DNA of 61,068 nucleotides, counting the filler, from Aduncisulcus paluster (Eukaryota), in the NCBI GenBank assembly GCA_024181965.1. It is 6 parts of 6 records of this genome, joined end to end, with 100 filler letters (N's around TTAATTAATTAA, not from the genome) between each part and the next. Parts side by side here need not be neighbours in the genome. Positions count along the whole stretch, not along the records: positions 51,678 to 61,068 come from BQXS01011045.1; 5 more parts are not named here. One strand, written 5' to 3'. How positions within the stretch are numbered: position 1 is the stretch's first letter; the number at the start of each line of letters is the position of its first letter. The position numbers and the translations under genes are program-made. Positions 58,748 through 61,068 of this stretch are shown here, piece after piece. The notes under the pieces are model-generated. The model ran no database searches. It was not told where the DNA came from and saw only the letters and a program-made list of their open reading frames with translations.

Positions 58748-59043
58748 GAGTTATTTATATCTTTACTATTACTATTTGTGTGTATGAGTGGCCTCCACCA
58801 GAACGAACGTCTTCAAATATGTGCTTTTCAAGCTTAAAAATTGACTTAATTAAATTGTTCAGTTGAATTCATGGGGAAGGGAGCCAAATCCATGAAATAC
58901 CTCAAAAATCATATCGTGGAAATTACTATACTGATCATCTGATAGTTCCAGAGGAAATATTGATACATTATCTTGTTGATGTGAAGTGGCCTCCATCTCT
59001 GGGCATCTGCGAGTTCAATCATCATGCCTCAAAGAGATAGGAA

Positions 59044-59437
59044 TATATATGAATCATATGAATATCATATATAATATGTGGATTATAATTGTTAATTAAT
59101 CGGATTAGATCTCAATAATATACATAGAATGATTATTGGAGAGAATACAAAACTTCCACTCATTTTCCATACTACCTGTGAAGAATCTGAAACATTCAAA
59201 TCACACACTTCTTCTTTTCCTATTGGACGANNNNNNNNNNNNNNNNNNNNTATATATGAATCATATGAATATCATATATAATATGTGGATTATAATTGTT
59301 AATTAATCGGATTAGATCTCAATAATATACATAGAATGATTATTGGAGAGAATACAAAACTTCCACTCATTTTCCATACTACCTGTGAAGAATCTGAAAC
59401 ATTCAAATCACACACTTCTTCTTTTCCTATTGGACGA
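59044..59437. other. False duplication around a 20-N gap (59044-59230 repeated at 59251-59437)
   Basis: Identical sequence on both sides of N59231-59250. Confidence 0.9.
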
Positions 59438-60106
59438 ACAGGAATAAATATTTCATTTCCAAACCAATTCCAAATTCTTTCTCAAATTCAATCCATCATC
59501 GCATTAGTATCTCCACCTCTCCAACTTGTGTTTGGCGACACATCCAATTTATCGAGTCATAGCCATCGAAGCGCATAGTATGCCGCACACAAGTATCAAT
59601 CCTGGATATTAATATCTCCTACCTTTCACATCTGGAAGCTAATGACCAAGAGGACCAATCAAAAGTAGTGGCACGACCTGCATGGCCTACTGTAAGCAAA
59701 TGAATAATATTGAATCGGTTGCTGGTTGTTCAACAAGACATTCGACGAATTCCAGTTGCCACATTCCAAAGGAATATTCTATTTTCTAATCCAACGGAGA
59801 CAATACTATTGTAGATAGTACATCTATTGAAGTTCAATAATTGAACTCCACGTTGATTGAAATAAAAACCAACTAAAGAAATGGGTTATATGTTATTATT
59901 ACGGTTTAGATTCCTAACTTATCATTTTTCCATCAAATATATCTATACAATGCAAGAAAAAAGAAAAACTAACTTGATTGAAAAAAGTCCTTCAAAAATG
60001 GTTTTTTTCTGATTTCATCAAAGGCTCGAATAGTAATTGGCCGATGTATAAAACGTATGAACACTCTTAAGATTTATTTTTTAACAAACACTGCCAAATC
60101 CATCCA

Positions 60107-61068
60107 TTATTCCTTCCTCTCTTCGAGAAGAGTCATAGTGGGTCTGTCACAAAGTTCAGTGGGGCCAAACATCTGGATTGGTCCAGGGTTTCTGAACAAA
60201 TCCTCCATTTCAGAACGAGCACGGATAGCAGAGAAAGCACGGAAAGGTTTCCCATCGAGCTCAACCAAAGCCTTTTGCACAACTGGCTTAAGTTTTCCTT
60301 GTCTCTTCTCCATATTGAACATGGCCACAATTGGAATTCCACATGGTTCCCACTCCTTGACAGGCTTATAGAGCTTGGTGATAACGCTCATGTAACCGCT
60401 GAAACCGGCAGTGACAAGGATGGCTGCATTAAGACCCAAAGAGTAACAATAAGTGGCGTCAAAGTTAGAAGGCTCAACACAACGTCCTTCGTAACCAAAG
60501 AAATGAGTCTGAGGGGAGAATTTAGTGAATCCACGCTTGGCGAGCTCAGCCTTGACCATAGAGGCGAGAAGACGCTCAGTTTCAATGGCAGAAACAGGAA
60601 CATTACCGTGAGAATCACGTTCGCCAAGAAGTTGTTCTTGGAATTGAGCAGGGAGGGAGAGGAAGACCTCGGTGGAAGAAGCATCCTTGGACTTCAGGAT
60701 GTCAACAACCTCTTCCTTGGTGGGCTCACGTTTGTGTTCCTCCTTGAAAGAAGCAAGAATGTCATTCAAATAATCAATCAATACTTTGAAATCAGGGATG
60801 AATTCAACCAAACCTTCGGGCAAAATGACAACACCATAAAATTTCTTCACGGCAGCTCTGGCCTGAATAACATCGGCAATATGGGAAACTATTTCAGAAA
60901 TCTTACTCTTCTTGGCAAGGATCTCTTCTGAGATCAAAGAAACAGTAGGCCTTGTCTGGAGGGCAACCTCGAGAGTGATGTGAGAAGCAGAACGGCCCAT
61001 AAGACGAACAAAGTGGTAGTACTTCCTACCGGAACGAGCATCAGCCATAAGGTTACCAACTAAAGAGG
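60107..61068 (-). CDS. Pyrophosphate-dependent phosphofructokinase (long-clade PFP), C-terminal half, 5'-truncated
   Basis: YHFVRLMGRSASHITLEVALQT, LPEGLVEFIP, RDSHGN, HFFGYEGR, PSNFDATYCYSLG, PGPIQ; strongly biased codon usage. Confidence 0.96.
   Translation of the reverse strand, partial: SLVGNLMADARSGRKYYHFVRLMGRSASHITLEVALQTRPTVSLISEEILAKKSKISEIVSHIADVIQARAAVKKFYGVVILPEGLVEFIPDFKVLIDYLNDILASFKEEHKREPTKEEVVDILKSKDASSTEVFLSLPAQFQEQLLGERDSHGNVPVSAIETERLLASMVKAELAKRGFTKFSPQTHFFGYEGRCVEPSNFDATYCYSLGLNAAILVTAGFSGYMSVITKLYKPVKEWEPCGIPIVAMFNMEKRQGKLKPVVQKALVELDGKPFRAFSAIRARSEMEDLFRNPGPIQMFGPTELCDRPTMTLLEERKE

Noticed and set aside
3989..59437. Direct repeats of 160-424 nt flanking each 20-N gap
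   Set aside because: Unmerged contig overlaps; collapsing them restores single reading frames.
1..61068. Non-standard genetic code
   Set aside because: Conserved genes end at TAA, TAG or TGA at the expected positions and have no internal stops.

Overview
Gene-dense, AT-rich eukaryotic DNA in the standard code, with short 5'-proximal GTATG(T/A)..AG introns. The window is not one locus. Five artificial 100-nt spacers (N44-TTAATTAATTAA-N44) join six unrelated scaffold pieces, and five 20-N gaps each carry a false flanking duplication. Gene content points to a free-living anaerobic flagellate: PPi-PFK, a bacterial-type Fe-ADH and MATE pump, the flagellar AAA protein IQCA1/DRC11, and expanded lineage-specific kinase and LRR families. 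From memory these families resemble those of Carpediemonas-like fornicates such as Aduncisulcus; this is unverified. Recognisable genes are VPS25, LisH-RasGEF, PDI, a CAP-H2-like kleisin, IQCA1, a DH-PH-FYVE protein, a degenerate kinesin, GOT1, TOP1, an SMC4-like fragment, MATE, an ARFRP1-like GTPase, a CLC and PPi-PFK. Signals not shown by the ORF track: (1) a 36-aa micro-ORF resembling histone H3 residues 15-35; (2) three intergenic X-A-X'-T-X motifs that look like hairpin-type transposon excision footprints; (3) a ~0.4-kb insertion with 7-bp direct repeats that splits a gene and could be spliced out in frame; (4) a chromodomain-PPT-LTR retrotransposon end; (5) a tiny TA-flanked MITE next to a Tc1-like transposase relic; (6) an over-represented CTAAAAATAG motif; (7) a ~170-aa orphan domain found both as a free protein and fused in tandem to a kinase, with predicted lipid anchors; (8) a CLC lacking the gating glutamate.
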